Shown: one piece after another, positions 56,001 to 64,000 of the stretch
How the letters are laid out: each line of letters begins with the position of its first letter
How positions within the stretch are numbered: position 1 is the first letter of the stretch
NCBI GenBank assembly: GCA_003157485.1
Contig: PMJQ01000203.1
Coordinates: 35,415-99,414 of the forward strand
Direction: 5' to 3'
DNA length: 64,000 bases
DNA from: Ignavibacteriota bacterium
GTDB taxonomy: Bacteria; Bacteroidota; Ignavibacteria; UBA10030; UBA6906
The notes under the pieces: generated by a model
The model's database searches: none
The model's input: only the letters and a program-made list of their open reading frames with translations
What the model was told of the DNA's origin: nothing
Position numbers and translations under genes: made by a program

Positions 56001-56145
56001 TGCGGAACGCCGCAGCGAGTCGTTCGACTTCTCCGGTGTGCGTTCTGTTGAATTGTCCTTCATGGGGGGAAGCGGCGTTCGAAGCGGTCGGGGCGCCTGC
56101 CAGGGCGGCAGCCATCACGGCTGCAGTGAACAATGGCTGTTTCAT
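53029..56145 (-). CDS. large secreted glycoside hydrolase (GH106-like / glycosyl-hydrolase jelly-roll family)
   Basis: N-terminal PWVYWVWTDGNLNREGITADIEAMKTAGIGGVMIMEV and C-terminal VTLNGKDAGVVWCSPWNVDVT...NLWPNRLIGD are typical of this family as I recall it. ATG at 56145 (MKQPLFTAAVMAAALAG). Confidence 0.55.
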   Translation of the reverse strand: MKQPLFTAAVMAAALAGAPTASNAASPHEGQFNRTHTGEVERLAAAFRTPPDSVRPWVYWVWTDGNLNREGITADIEAMKTAGIGGVMIMEVDVGVPAGPVKFMSPAWRQLFKHVVEEAERSGIQVTLMSGPGWTGSGGPWVKPEESMQYIVGSSTTVTGPLHFEGALPRPERRPSFFGEGHLPPAMEKAKDEFYRDVAVVAFPTPEGKDSIPDIDEKALYVRAPYSSQRGVRSFLPSLSSYPESRPGTAIRPAQVMDLTGHLSPEGRFAWDVPDGKWTIVRFGKTSTGANTRPAPVPGLGLECDKLDSAALDAHYDAFIGTLLRDTGRRKGTGEGGWTMLHIDSWEMGSQNWTGAFREEFRRRRGYDLLPYLPVLTGRVVESREISERFLWDLRETAQELLLENHAGRLKELGRRDGFGLSIEPYDMTPCSDMSLGSLADVPMCEFWLYGFNTSFSVFEATSIGHTCGKEEIAAEAFTSGDEEKWQAYPGSMKALGDWAFSAGVNRFVFHRYQHQPWTDIQPGMTMGPYGVHWERTQTWWGMVPAYHRYLSRCQFMLRRGLPVADVCYLVEEGSPHVFKPPSSALRGNPPERRGYNFDGCAPEVLIAHMSVKDGRLTLPDGMSYRVLVLPEQETMTPALLGKVSQLVRDGATVIGPRPLKSPGLSGYPGCDTEVKRIAGETWGECDGTSMTERAFGKGRIIWHRNSWKETDSLLSGTGAKEPEQYGEFSEVMDVLAKSGEPQDFESAAPLRYTHRRAARTEIYFVSNPTPEGVNTECTFRIEGKQPELWDPVEGTIRTLPELRSADGRTNVRLQFEPYQSYFVVFTGEIDRTGMGTRNFPSWDTVAIPAGPWRVSFDPRRGGPESAMFDRLEDWTQRPEEGIRYYSGTAVYKIAFDLPAAVSGGAEKGKGSRGAVRIDLGRVKNIARVTLNGKDAGVVWCSPWNVDVTGALKEKGNELEVKIANLWPNRLIGDEKLPPAGEYGKNGNLVRWPDWILQKNPTLPAGRHTFATWRHYSKDSPLLPSGLLGPVSLLMERR

Positions 56146-56306
56146 GGCGGGCAATGTACGGCAATCGAATCAGAACCTCAATAAACCGATTCTTCCGGCC
56201 ATCCGGCCCGAATGAACTCAAGGCGTCCGGGGAACTATCTCCCTCAGGCTGCGGTTCTCCCCGAAGGCAAGTCACTGATAAATCCACACAGCAGAGGGAG
56301 GTCTCC

Positions 56307-56603
56307 ATGTACATGTCGCGGGAAATCATGCACTGCAAGCCGGGGAAGGTCAAAGAGCTCGTCGAAAAGTTCAAGGCGCTCTCCGAAGCGCTCAGAGGTC
56401 TGGGCTATGCCCCTTTCCGGGTCTATACCGACTTGTGCGGTGAGAATTACTGGACTGTCGTATCCGAGCAGGATGTGGAGAGCATCGATGGGATGGGCGA
56501 AATGGCGAGGAAATCCATGTCCGATCCGAAGGTAGCCGCGATCATGAAAGGTTACCATGACCTCGTCGTCGACGGACGCCGTGAGCTCTACAGGGTGGAA
56601 TAG
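56307..56603 (+). CDS. small hypothetical protein (98 aa), possible alpha+beta barrel
   Basis: GAGGGAGG RBS. Product MYMSREIMHCKPGKVKELVEKFKAL... Confidence 0.55.
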   Translation: MYMSREIMHCKPGKVKELVEKFKALSEALRGLGYAPFRVYTDLCGENYWTVVSEQDVESIDGMGEMARKSMSDPKVAAIMKGYHDLVVDGRRELYRVE

Positions 56604-56676
56604 CCAGCTCCGCTCTCCTCCCCGTCCGCAATCTGGTTCTGACGCGGCGTTCCGGTTCAATTCTATCGACTTATTG

Positions 56677-56722
56677 AATGCCCCTTTTGCCTCCCGTCTC
56701 CTGAGGGTGCGGAAGGGGCATT
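56677..56722 (+). terminator. hairpin terminator after 56307-56603
   Basis: AATGCCCCTT...AAGGGGCATT, a perfect 10-bp stem, then TTCCTCCC. Confidence 0.5.
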
Positions 56723-56770
56723 TCCTCCCGGGCTGCCGATGCTCTGCATTCGCGGTTCCTCGCTCGTCCT

Positions 56771-56836
56771 CTCGTTGCCTCAGTGAAGTTTCTATTCGAG
56801 CGCACCTTTGACATTACCCCGGAATTACCGTAAAAT
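56771..56836 (+). promoter_or_regulatory. promoter with a conserved 28-nt upstream motif (C motif copy 2)
   Basis: CTCGTTGCCTCAGTGAAGTTTCTATTCG (56771-56798), 9 nt, TTGACA(56808-56813)-N17-TAAAAT(56831-56836). Confidence 0.6.
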
Positions 56837-56886
56837 TAACCGGCCCGCCGCGTTTCCTCCGGATCCTTCATAGAACAGGTCTTCCG

Positions 56887-58119
56887 ATGATCTCATGCCG
56901 CTCGATTCCGGTGTCTCTCCTTCTGTCTGCATTCGCCGCTCTTCTTGTTTCGGCAAACTGTTACGCGCAGAAATTCGACAGCCTCGCACTGACTCCTCCG
57001 ATGGGCTGGAATACGTATAACACGTTTGCCGGCAGATTCAATGAGAAAATCATCCATGACATGGTGGATCTCATCGTTTCGTCGGGTATGAAGGACGCGG
57101 GCTACCGCTACATTATTATCGATGACAACTGGACCGGCGCCCGCGACAGCCTCGGTTTTCTCACCGTGGACAGGGAAAGGTTCCCCTCGGGGTTGCGCGC
57201 ACTCTCCGACTACATCCACGCCAGCGGGTTGAAGCTGGGCCTCTATTCGGATGTAGGCTACAAAACCTGCGGCGGCTTTACGGCGAGCCGCGGGCACGAA
57301 TTCCAGGATGCTCTGATGTTTGCCCGGTGGGGATGCGACTATCTGAAGTACGACTGGTGTAATGCCGGGGGGATAAACGCTGTAGGCGCCTATACGACGA
57401 TGAGGGATGCTATCCGCGCGGCTGGGAGGCCTATGGTATTCAGCATGTGCGAATGGGGGAACAACAAACCGTGGGAGTGGGGTGCATCGGTCGGCCATCT
57501 CTGGAGAACGACGGGAGACATCACCGCATGCTGGGACTGCATCGACACGCACGGCGGAGCCTACAACTCCTGGGGGGTCATGAAGATTCTGGACATGCAG
57601 CACCCCCTCCGTGCGTACGCGGGACCGGGCCATTGGAACGATCCGGACATGCTCGAAGTTGGAAACGGGTCGCTCACGCTGGGCGAGGACCGGGCTCATT
57701 TTACGATGTGGGCGATGCTGGCCGCACCCCTCATCGCGGGGAATGACCTGAGAACGATGTCGAAGGACGTCCTCGGCATTCTTACGAACAGAGAGGTCAT
57801 CGCCGTTGACCAGGATTCCCTGGGGGTCGAGGGATTCCGGGAGAGCACGGCCGACAGTCTGGAAACCTGGTATAAGCCCCTCGCGCACGGCGACTGGGTG
57901 GTCTGTTTCTTCAACCGCGGATCGGGACCCGTCGATCTCGCGCATGACTGGAACAGTCATGTGATCCGCGATGACCTCACGAAATCGGAATTGCGGTGTG
58001 ACACGCACGCCTACCGGCTGCGCGATCTCTGGGCCGGGAAGAATACAGGGACAACAGGGCGGACCTTTCGAGCCACGGTTCCCCCGCACGATGTCGTGCT
58101 GCTGAGACTGGAAAGGTAA
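56887..58119 (+). CDS. alpha-galactosidase, glycoside hydrolase family 27
   Basis: PPMGWNTYNTF, YIIIDDNW, LKYDWC, CEWG, PGHWNDPDMLEVG motifs, signal peptide. Confidence 0.85.
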   Translation: MISCRSIPVSLLLSAFAALLVSANCYAQKFDSLALTPPMGWNTYNTFAGRFNEKIIHDMVDLIVSSGMKDAGYRYIIIDDNWTGARDSLGFLTVDRERFPSGLRALSDYIHASGLKLGLYSDVGYKTCGGFTASRGHEFQDALMFARWGCDYLKYDWCNAGGINAVGAYTTMRDAIRAAGRPMVFSMCEWGNNKPWEWGASVGHLWRTTGDITACWDCIDTHGGAYNSWGVMKILDMQHPLRAYAGPGHWNDPDMLEVGNGSLTLGEDRAHFTMWAMLAAPLIAGNDLRTMSKDVLGILTNREVIAVDQDSLGVEGFRESTADSLETWYKPLAHGDWVVCFFNRGSGPVDLAHDWNSHVIRDDLTKSELRCDTHAYRLRDLWAGKNTGTTGRTFRATVPPHDVVLLRLER

Positions 58120-58166
58120 GACCCCCTCGTTGATAAATCATTCGTCAGACAAGCAAGGAGCACTGC

Positions 58167-59195
58167 ATGGCAAAGAAACGATCCTCTGCAAAGACAAAAA
58201 CCGCGGGCCAGTATAAAGCATCGGGTGCCCGGTATGATTCAATGCGATACAACCGCTGCGGGAAAAGCGGAGTGATGCTCCCCGCGATTTCTCTCGGGCT
58301 CTGGCATAACTTCGGCGGTGTGGATTCGTTCAGCACGGCGCGTGAGATTCTCTGTTGCGCGTTCGATCTGGGCGTCACCCATTTTGATCTGGCGAACAAT
58401 TACGGCCCCCCGCCCGGGTCGGCGGAAGAGACGTTCGGGAAAATCATGAAGAAGGACCTTGCCCGCCACAGGGACGAGCTCATCATCTCATCGAAGGCCG
58501 GATATCTCATGTGGCCCGGCCCGTACGGCGAGTGGGGCTCGCGCAAATATCTCATTGCCAGCCTCGACCAAAGCCTCCGCCGGATGGGTCTGGACTACGT
58601 CGACATATTCTACAGCCATCGGCCCGATCCGGATACCCCGCTGGAGGAGACGATGGGAGCGCTCGACCAGATCGTCCGGAGCGGCAAAGCGCTCTATGCC
58701 GGGATATCGAACTATCAGCCCGATACCACCCGGCAGGCTGCATCGATCCTGCGCAACCTCGGGACCCCCTGTCTCATTCACCAGCCGAGCTACAACATGT
58801 TCAACCGGTGGATCGAGAAAGGACTGTTGGAAGCGTTAAAGGCAACGCAGATGGGATGTATCGTCTTCTCTCCTCTGCATCAGGGACTTCTCACCGATCG
58901 CTATCTCAAGGGGATCCCGAAGAACTCCCGTGCCGGAAAATCGCACGGATTTCTCAGGCCGGCGCATATTACGGAAGACAAACTGAACAGAGTAAAACGG
59001 TTGAACGAGATGGCGTTGCAGCGGGGCCAGACGCTGGCGCAGATGTCGCTCGCCTGGGTGCTCCGCCACCCGCAGGTCACATCCGCTCTCGTCGGCGCAA
59101 GCAGCACCGCCCAGCTCGCGGATGCCGTGGGGGCGTTGAAGAACCTCCAGATCACTCCCGAAGAGCTGCAGCAGATCGAGAAGATACTCGCATGA
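58167..59195 (+). CDS. yghZ: aldo/keto reductase, YghZ/Gpr (L-glyceraldehyde-3-phosphate reductase) type
   Basis: Long colinear identity to E. coli YghZ as I recall it: CGKSG..LPA.SLGLWHNFG, THFDLANNYGPPPGSAEE.FG, DELIIS.KAGY.MWPGPYG..GSRKYL.ASLDQSL.RMGL.YVDIFYSHR. Confidence 0.85.
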   Translation: MAKKRSSAKTKTAGQYKASGARYDSMRYNRCGKSGVMLPAISLGLWHNFGGVDSFSTAREILCCAFDLGVTHFDLANNYGPPPGSAEETFGKIMKKDLARHRDELIISSKAGYLMWPGPYGEWGSRKYLIASLDQSLRRMGLDYVDIFYSHRPDPDTPLEETMGALDQIVRSGKALYAGISNYQPDTTRQAASILRNLGTPCLIHQPSYNMFNRWIEKGLLEALKATQMGCIVFSPLHQGLLTDRYLKGIPKNSRAGKSHGFLRPAHITEDKLNRVKRLNEMALQRGQTLAQMSLAWVLRHPQVTSALVGASSTAQLADAVGALKNLQITPEELQQIEKILA

Positions 59196-59272
59196 TCATC
59201 GTTCGATCTCTCTGCGCGGGAGTTCATTGCGACCCGGGGGACTCCTCCGGCTCATTGCACGGCTCCCGCACC

Positions 59273-62032
59273 ATGCGCAATAATCGCTCTTCACGCACAA
59301 TCAAATTGGAACCGGCCATGGTCAGGATCATCGCGGCATCCGGATTACTCCTCCTTCTCCTTTTTTCTCCGATCACGAACGCGCAGGATTCTTTCAGCAG
59401 AATCCCCGGAGGATTCGTCTCCGGCAACGCCAGGATCAGGATACTCTCCCCTACGCTTGTGCGGCTTGAATACTCCCCTTCCCGGTCTTTCACGGACTCG
59501 ATGACCGCTGTGGTTGTAAACCGTGACTGGATGCCTCCCGGGGTTTCCGTCACAACAGTCGGGGGGTGGACACTTCTCTCTTCGGGCGGGCTGACCGTCA
59601 GGTATCGTCCCGGGAGCGGACCGTTCACGCGTGACGGTCTTTCTGTCGGATGGAAAGCCGGAGAAGCGGAAGGGACCTGGGCGCCCGGAGATTCCGATGC
59701 CGGAAATCTCGGTGGTATAAGCTCGAGCCTCGACGGTGCGCGGAGGGGAAAGCTGCCGAAGCAGCTCCCCGGCATGCTGAGCCGCTCCGGGTACTTCCTG
59801 CTTGATGACAGCAGGACCCCCCTATGGAACGGCGCGAGCGGATGGATTGCGGCGCGCGGGGATTCCGGGAACCAGGACTGGTACTTCTTTGCGTACGGGA
59901 AAGATTTCCGTCACGTTCTGAAAGAGTACTCGCACCTCTGCGGAGCGATACCGATGATCCCGAAGTACGTTCTCGGCGCATGGGCCACCGACCTCAATTA
60001 TGAGTACCTTCCCGGGACCCCCGTCGTCGACGATTATCATTATACTGCCGACAGCGTTCGGTCGATAATGACGAGGTTCCGTGCCTACGGCATCCCTCTG
60101 GACGTCATGGTCCTTGACTTTGCCTGGCACCTTTACGGCTGGCAGGGGGGATATGACTGGAGCCCCATTTTTCCTCAGCCGGGAGAATTCCTGAACTGGA
60201 CCCGCTCACACGGTTTCAAAGTCACGCTGAACGACCATCCCGGGTATGGAAAGGAGTTTGTCCTTTCGAATAAGGACAGCCGGGCGCCGGCCGTGCGCAG
60301 TGAGCTGAAGATTGAAACTCCCCGGGATCCGTCGATATCAATAAGCCTGCACGGAGCGTGGAAATTCAGCACCGACTCGCTCGTTGCGGGAGACGGCGCG
60401 GGCTGGTTTGCCGCGGCGTTCGATGATTCCCGGTGGGAGTCGATAACCGCCGAACAGCCGTGGGAACAACAGGGACATCCCGATTACGACGGCGTCGCCT
60501 GGTACAGAAAATGGGTCGAGGTTCCCCCCGGAATCCGGGCAGAACACCTCTACGCGGCGTTCAGTTCGGTCGACGACGAATACGACATATTCGTCAACGG
60601 GAAGAAGATCGCCCACCACAGTCCGGCGTGGAACAGCCTCACGTATACCGACATACTACCGTTCGTGAACCAGGGGGCGAAAAATCTCGTTGTGCTCCGT
60701 GTGAACGACTGGGGAGGAGACGGCGGGCTCTCAGGCCTCACCGCAATGCTCACCGACGTGGTCCGCCAGGACGGGCTGCGGTTCAACCTTGCGGAGAAAC
60801 GTCAGGCCGAGGTGTATATGAATGTACTCCACAGGCCCCTTATCGATCAGGGGGTTTCGTTCTGGTGGGTGGACGGCGGGGCCGGATCGTGTGTAATGAA
60901 CGGTCTCAACAGCCAGATGTGGACGAACCGGGTCTTTTATGATTTCACGCAGCAGGAAACCGGGAAGCGGTCGTTCATATTCAGCCGCTACGGTGGATGG
61001 GGGAGTCACAGGTATCCCGCGCTCTTCACGGGGGACACGTATGCGCAGTGGGACGTCCTTGCGTTTGAAGTACCGTACACGGTGCAGGGGGGGAACATAC
61101 TGATGCCGTATATCACGCATGACATCGGCGGGTTCATAGGGAAGGACATCAGTCTCGATCTGTACACGCGGTGGCTGCAGTTCGGGGTCTTCAGCCCCCT
61201 TCTCCGGCTTCATTCAGCACATGAGAACCCGGATGAAGGGAACGTGCGGATGCCCTGGAAATACGGGGACGAGGGGGTACGCATCGCCCGTGACCTCTTC
61301 CGCCTCCGGTACCGCCTCATTCCGTACATTTATACGATGACAAAAACCGCACACGATGAAGCGCTCCCCCTCCTGCGTCCGCTCTATGTCGTCCACCCGG
61401 AAATCGAGGAGGCCTACAATCATCCCGACGAGTATTATTTTGGCGACGAGATGCTGGTGGCGCCGATCGTGGATTCGACCGGAGGGAGGGACGTGTATCT
61501 TCCTCCGGGGATGTGGGTGGATTACTTTTCCGGGGAGGCGCGCAGGGGGCCGGTCACGTTCCATATGAAGTGTTCGCTCGAGACTCTGCCGCTCTTTGTG
61601 CGCTCACAGTCGATCATTCCGCAGCAGCCGGACATGGACTTCACGGATCAGAAGCCGCTTGATTCCCTCATCGTCGACCTCTATCCGCCGTGGCATTCGA
61701 ACTACTCGCTCTACGAAGACGATGGTGTTTCCCTCGACTGCGAAAAAGGGAAGAGCGCGCTTACCCCGTTCGCAGCGTCGACGTCAGGTTCCGCCTACGT
61801 GTTGACGGTCGGTCCCACGACTGGAACGTACGAACGCCAGCCTTCGGCCAGGGCCTATCTGGTTCGTGTTCGTGAGACAAAAAAGCCCTCGACCGTGCTC
61901 GTTAACGGCAAGAAAATTGCTGAAGGGGTATCCGCCGGCGATGGGTGGATCTGGGATGCGGGAAAGGGATGCGTAAGCGTGAATCTCGTCCGGCGGAGTA
62001 TCCGGAAATCAGTGACGATTCGATTCCAATAG
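59273..62032 (+). CDS. glycoside hydrolase family 31 enzyme with an inserted GH2-type sugar-binding jelly-roll domain
   Basis: GH31 features (IPMIPKYVLGAW, GIPLDVMVLDFAW, FWWVDGG, LFTGDTYAQW, HDIGGF). The insert at about 60340-60730 reads WFAAAFDDSRWESI...YDGVAWYRKWVEVP...DIFVNGKKIAHH. Start at 59273 or 59318 (signal peptide MVRIIAASGLLLLLLFSPITNAQ). Confidence 0.75.
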   Translation: MRNNRSSRTIKLEPAMVRIIAASGLLLLLLFSPITNAQDSFSRIPGGFVSGNARIRILSPTLVRLEYSPSRSFTDSMTAVVVNRDWMPPGVSVTTVGGWTLLSSGGLTVRYRPGSGPFTRDGLSVGWKAGEAEGTWAPGDSDAGNLGGISSSLDGARRGKLPKQLPGMLSRSGYFLLDDSRTPLWNGASGWIAARGDSGNQDWYFFAYGKDFRHVLKEYSHLCGAIPMIPKYVLGAWATDLNYEYLPGTPVVDDYHYTADSVRSIMTRFRAYGIPLDVMVLDFAWHLYGWQGGYDWSPIFPQPGEFLNWTRSHGFKVTLNDHPGYGKEFVLSNKDSRAPAVRSELKIETPRDPSISISLHGAWKFSTDSLVAGDGAGWFAAAFDDSRWESITAEQPWEQQGHPDYDGVAWYRKWVEVPPGIRAEHLYAAFSSVDDEYDIFVNGKKIAHHSPAWNSLTYTDILPFVNQGAKNLVVLRVNDWGGDGGLSGLTAMLTDVVRQDGLRFNLAEKRQAEVYMNVLHRPLIDQGVSFWWVDGGAGSCVMNGLNSQMWTNRVFYDFTQQETGKRSFIFSRYGGWGSHRYPALFTGDTYAQWDVLAFEVPYTVQGGNILMPYITHDIGGFIGKDISLDLYTRWLQFGVFSPLLRLHSAHENPDEGNVRMPWKYGDEGVRIARDLFRLRYRLIPYIYTMTKTAHDEALPLLRPLYVVHPEIEEAYNHPDEYYFGDEMLVAPIVDSTGGRDVYLPPGMWVDYFSGEARRGPVTFHMKCSLETLPLFVRSQSIIPQQPDMDFTDQKPLDSLIVDLYPPWHSNYSLYEDDGVSLDCEKGKSALTPFAASTSGSAYVLTVGPTTGTYERQPSARAYLVRVRETKKPSTVLVNGKKIAEGVSAGDGWIWDAGKGCVSVNLVRRSIRKSVTIRFQ

Positions 62033-62109
62033 AAATGGACTCTGTCCAATCTTCTGGACAGCGCGCGCACGGGAACCGCTCTTTTGCGATGATTCGGCCC
62101 GCTTTCGTT

Positions 62110-62124
62110 TGGCATGGGTATTGC
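62110..62124 (+). promoter_or_regulatory. sigma54 (-24/-12) promoter
   Basis: TGGCATgggtaTTGC with GG(62111-62112)-N10-GC(62123-62124), about 315 nt upstream of the ATG at 62439. A second weaker site, TGGCATagagaTTGT, is at 62362-62376. Confidence 0.55.
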
Positions 62125-62438
62125 GTTTAACCCCTCCATTCCCGAACCCGAATGGCGCTTATGTCCTCTGGGTCCGTTTCTCCCCGCAGCCCCGGTTTGC
62201 TTTGATCTGGATTGGTTTCTCCCCTAATCCCGCCGTTTCACTCCCCTCTCCGCCGCATCTCTTGTTTTCCCGCACTTGGAATGAGATTTCAAAAATGAAG
62301 AAAAAAATCTTCCAATCTGGGCGTTTTCATCGAAATCAGCCGAATTACGGGTCCTTTCGCGTGGCATAGAGATTGTACCCACACTGTGAGATTCGCGTGA
62401 CCCATCAGGTGCGGATCGACCCGTGAAAGGAGGAGTGA

Positions 62439-64000
62439 ATGGCGCGCGATAGCTCAGGAAAACTCAATACTGCTCCCCCCCCTGTCCTGCCGCCGGAAGG
62501 CAAGCCGTCCAAGAATCGTCCCGGGATCGCCACGCCCGATCCGTTCGCGAGTGTTGTGAGCTGGGCCCCGATGGGTCTATTCAGGGCCCGAAGAGACGGC
62601 ACGTTCATCGCCGTCAACGAGTACATGGCCGGGATGCTCGGCTATGCGTCGAAGAGCGAACTCCTTGCCCGGAATCTGGAGCATGAGGTCTATTTCGACC
62701 CGTCCCAGCGGTACGTGAACCTCTTTCTTGTGGAATCACGGGGTACCGAACTTAAGCTGGAAACGCGCTGGCGAAAGAAGGATGGATCTCCCATCTGGGT
62801 GGAGCTGACGGGGCACGTCGTCGATCATCCGGGAGAGCCGAAGAAGTGTTATGAAGGGCTTGCCATCGAGATCACCGAGAGAAAAGCGGCGGAGGACGCG
62901 CTCAGGGAGGGGGAACGAAAAAGGTACACGCTCCTCGGCAATCTTCCGGGGATCGCCTACCGGAGCCGCAACGACGGCTGTTGTACGATGGAATTCATAA
63001 GCGAGGGATGCCGGGAATTGACGGGGTACAGCCCGCGCGACCTGATGGTGGGCGGCACGCTCTCGTTTCACGATCTCATACTTCCCGATGACAGGGATAG
63101 GATGCGCGAAATAATCCGCGAATCTCTCCCGTCCGGGGAACCGTACCAGGCCTACTACCGCATCAGGACGGCGGAGGGCGGGATCAGGTGGGTATGGGAG
63201 AGAGGGGAATGGATCCGCGCGGCTGCCGGGGAGGTCGAGGCGCGGGAAGGGTTTATCTCGGATATCACCGAGCGCAAGTTGGCGGAGGAGCAGGTGCGCG
63301 AACAGGCTGCCCTTCTCGACAGGGCGCGGGACGCGATCTATGTGGTGGACCTAGACGGCAGGATCGGGTTCTGGAGTAGAGGAGCCGGTCACATCTTTGG
63401 ATGGGATGCTGAGGAGGCGTCCGGCAGGAAGGCGGACGATCTGCTCAGGAAGGCCGGGCCGGCCCATGAGGAGATCCTCTCCGCCGTTCTGGGGAAGGGG
63501 GAGTGGATCGGAGAGAATATCGATCGCGCGAAGGACGGCCGGTCCATCGTTGTCGAATGCCGGTGTTCCGTTGTGCGCGACGACAGGGGGGTTCCCGTCT
63601 CGATCCTCGTCATCAAAACCGACGTCACGGAGAAAAAGAACATCGAGCGTCAGTTTCTCAGGGCGCAGCGGATGGAAAGCATAGGGACGCTCGCCGCCGG
63701 AATCGCGCATGATCTGAATAACGTACTGGCGCCGATCACAATGTCCATAGCCATGCTCAGGACCAAGATCGTGGACCAATCGGGCCTCAAATGGGTGGAC
63801 ACAATCGATGCCTGTGCGGCGCGCGCCGCGGACATCGTGAGACAGGTCCTCGGATTCGGCAGGGGGATCGAAGGAAACAGGATCCTGTTTCATCCCGGTC
63901 ACGTGATGAAGGAGGTGCTCAAGATCACCCGCGAGACGTTCCCGAAATCCATCGCCGTTCATATGAGCGTCCCGGACGACCTCGCGATGATCGTTGCCGA
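62439..64000 (+). CDS. multi-PAS sensor histidine kinase, 3' end outside the window
   Basis: AAAGGAGGAGTGA-ATG. My own translation shows three PAS modules (RWRKKDGSPIWVEL, YRIRTAEGGIRWVWERG, RAKDGRSIVVECRCS) and then the H-box AAGIAHDLNNVLAPI. It is open to the window end and absent from the ORF track because it has no stop. Confidence 0.85.
   Translation, partial: MARDSSGKLNTAPPPVLPPEGKPSKNRPGIATPDPFASVVSWAPMGLFRARRDGTFIAVNEYMAGMLGYASKSELLARNLEHEVYFDPSQRYVNLFLVESRGTELKLETRWRKKDGSPIWVELTGHVVDHPGEPKKCYEGLAIEITERKAAEDALREGERKRYTLLGNLPGIAYRSRNDGCCTMEFISEGCRELTGYSPRDLMVGGTLSFHDLILPDDRDRMREIIRESLPSGEPYQAYYRIRTAEGGIRWVWERGEWIRAAAGEVEAREGFISDITERKLAEEQVREQAALLDRARDAIYVVDLDGRIGFWSRGAGHIFGWDAEEASGRKADDLLRKAGPAHEEILSAVLGKGEWIGENIDRAKDGRSIVVECRCSVVRDDRGVPVSILVIKTDVTEKKNIERQFLRAQRMESIGTLAAGIAHDLNNVLAPITMSIAMLRTKIVDQSGLKWVDTIDACAARAADIVRQVLGFGRGIEGNRILFHPGHVMKEVLKITRETFPKSIAVHMSVPDDLAMIVA

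Noticed and set aside
58511-59272. N-terminal 254 codons of the 1173-aa ORF 58511-62032
   Set aside because: This part overlaps the YghZ-type reductase gene in another frame, and its product is Arg/Pro-rich nonsense. A proper signal peptide follows the ATG at 59273/59318, so the GH31 gene starts there.
62109-62369. 86-aa ORF in the leader of the multi-PAS kinase, and the 78-aa ORF 8120-8356 in the low-GC islet
   Set aside because: They have no RBS, biased composition (P/F/W/S-rich or irregular) and no motifs. They are more likely untranslated regulatory sequence.

Overview
By eye this is a roughly 60% GC bacterial chromosomal segment with dense coding on both strands. I saw no rRNA, tRNA, CRISPR array, transposase or integrase. 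Five genes end in the same T9SS (Por) C-terminal sorting domain (YPNPFNP.TTI...GVYFYRLQAG...LLK), so the source is probably a T9SS-bearing FCB-group organism (Bacteroidota/Ignavibacteriota/Rhodothermota-like). Its promoters nevertheless look like canonical TTGACA-N17-TAnnnT.

Gene content, left to right:
- An OMP, a Reg_prop protein and a T9SS protein.
- A GAF histidine kinase, NtrC-type sigma54 activator and alpha/beta hydrolase operon.
- A small lower-GC islet.
- A sigma54-promoted ABC-2 exporter operon with one ATPase, four paralogous large permeases and a membrane-anchored MFP-like/NEW3-like protein.
- GH38 and a BNR-repeat T9SS protein.
- An SMP-30 T9SS protein, an M1 peptidase, a CDF transporter and small membrane proteins.
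- A nitrogen-type cluster (OmpL-like porin, APC permease, then PP2C, tail-anchored Ser/Thr kinase and glutamine synthetase).
- An orphan duplicated FtsX permease, an NmrA protein and a membrane metallophosphoesterase.
- A second PAS histidine kinase plus sigma54 activator pair, followed by small secreted proteins and an FHA-TM-SLT lytic transglycosylase.
- A CAZyme block (DUF3160-like T9SS protein, TPR protein, GH106-like, GH27, YghZ-type aldo-keto reductase, GH31).
- A 3'-truncated multi-PAS histidine kinase.

The most unusual signals are non-coding:
1. A ~137-nt promoter-plus-leader element (B) occurs twice in inverted orientation, at 707-842 and 8613-8750. Each copy drives an unrelated small ORF, and each ORF is followed by a copy of a ~47-nt imperfect-palindrome element (A, four copies within 9.2 kb).
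2. A 28-nt motif is shared upstream of two otherwise unrelated consensus promoters.
3. A perfect-consensus promoter sits in an AT-rich patch with a GC-rich switch-like leader ahead of the porin/permease genes.
4. There are several well-spaced sigma54 promoters.

All calls rest on reading the sequence and the ORF translations. No database search was run.
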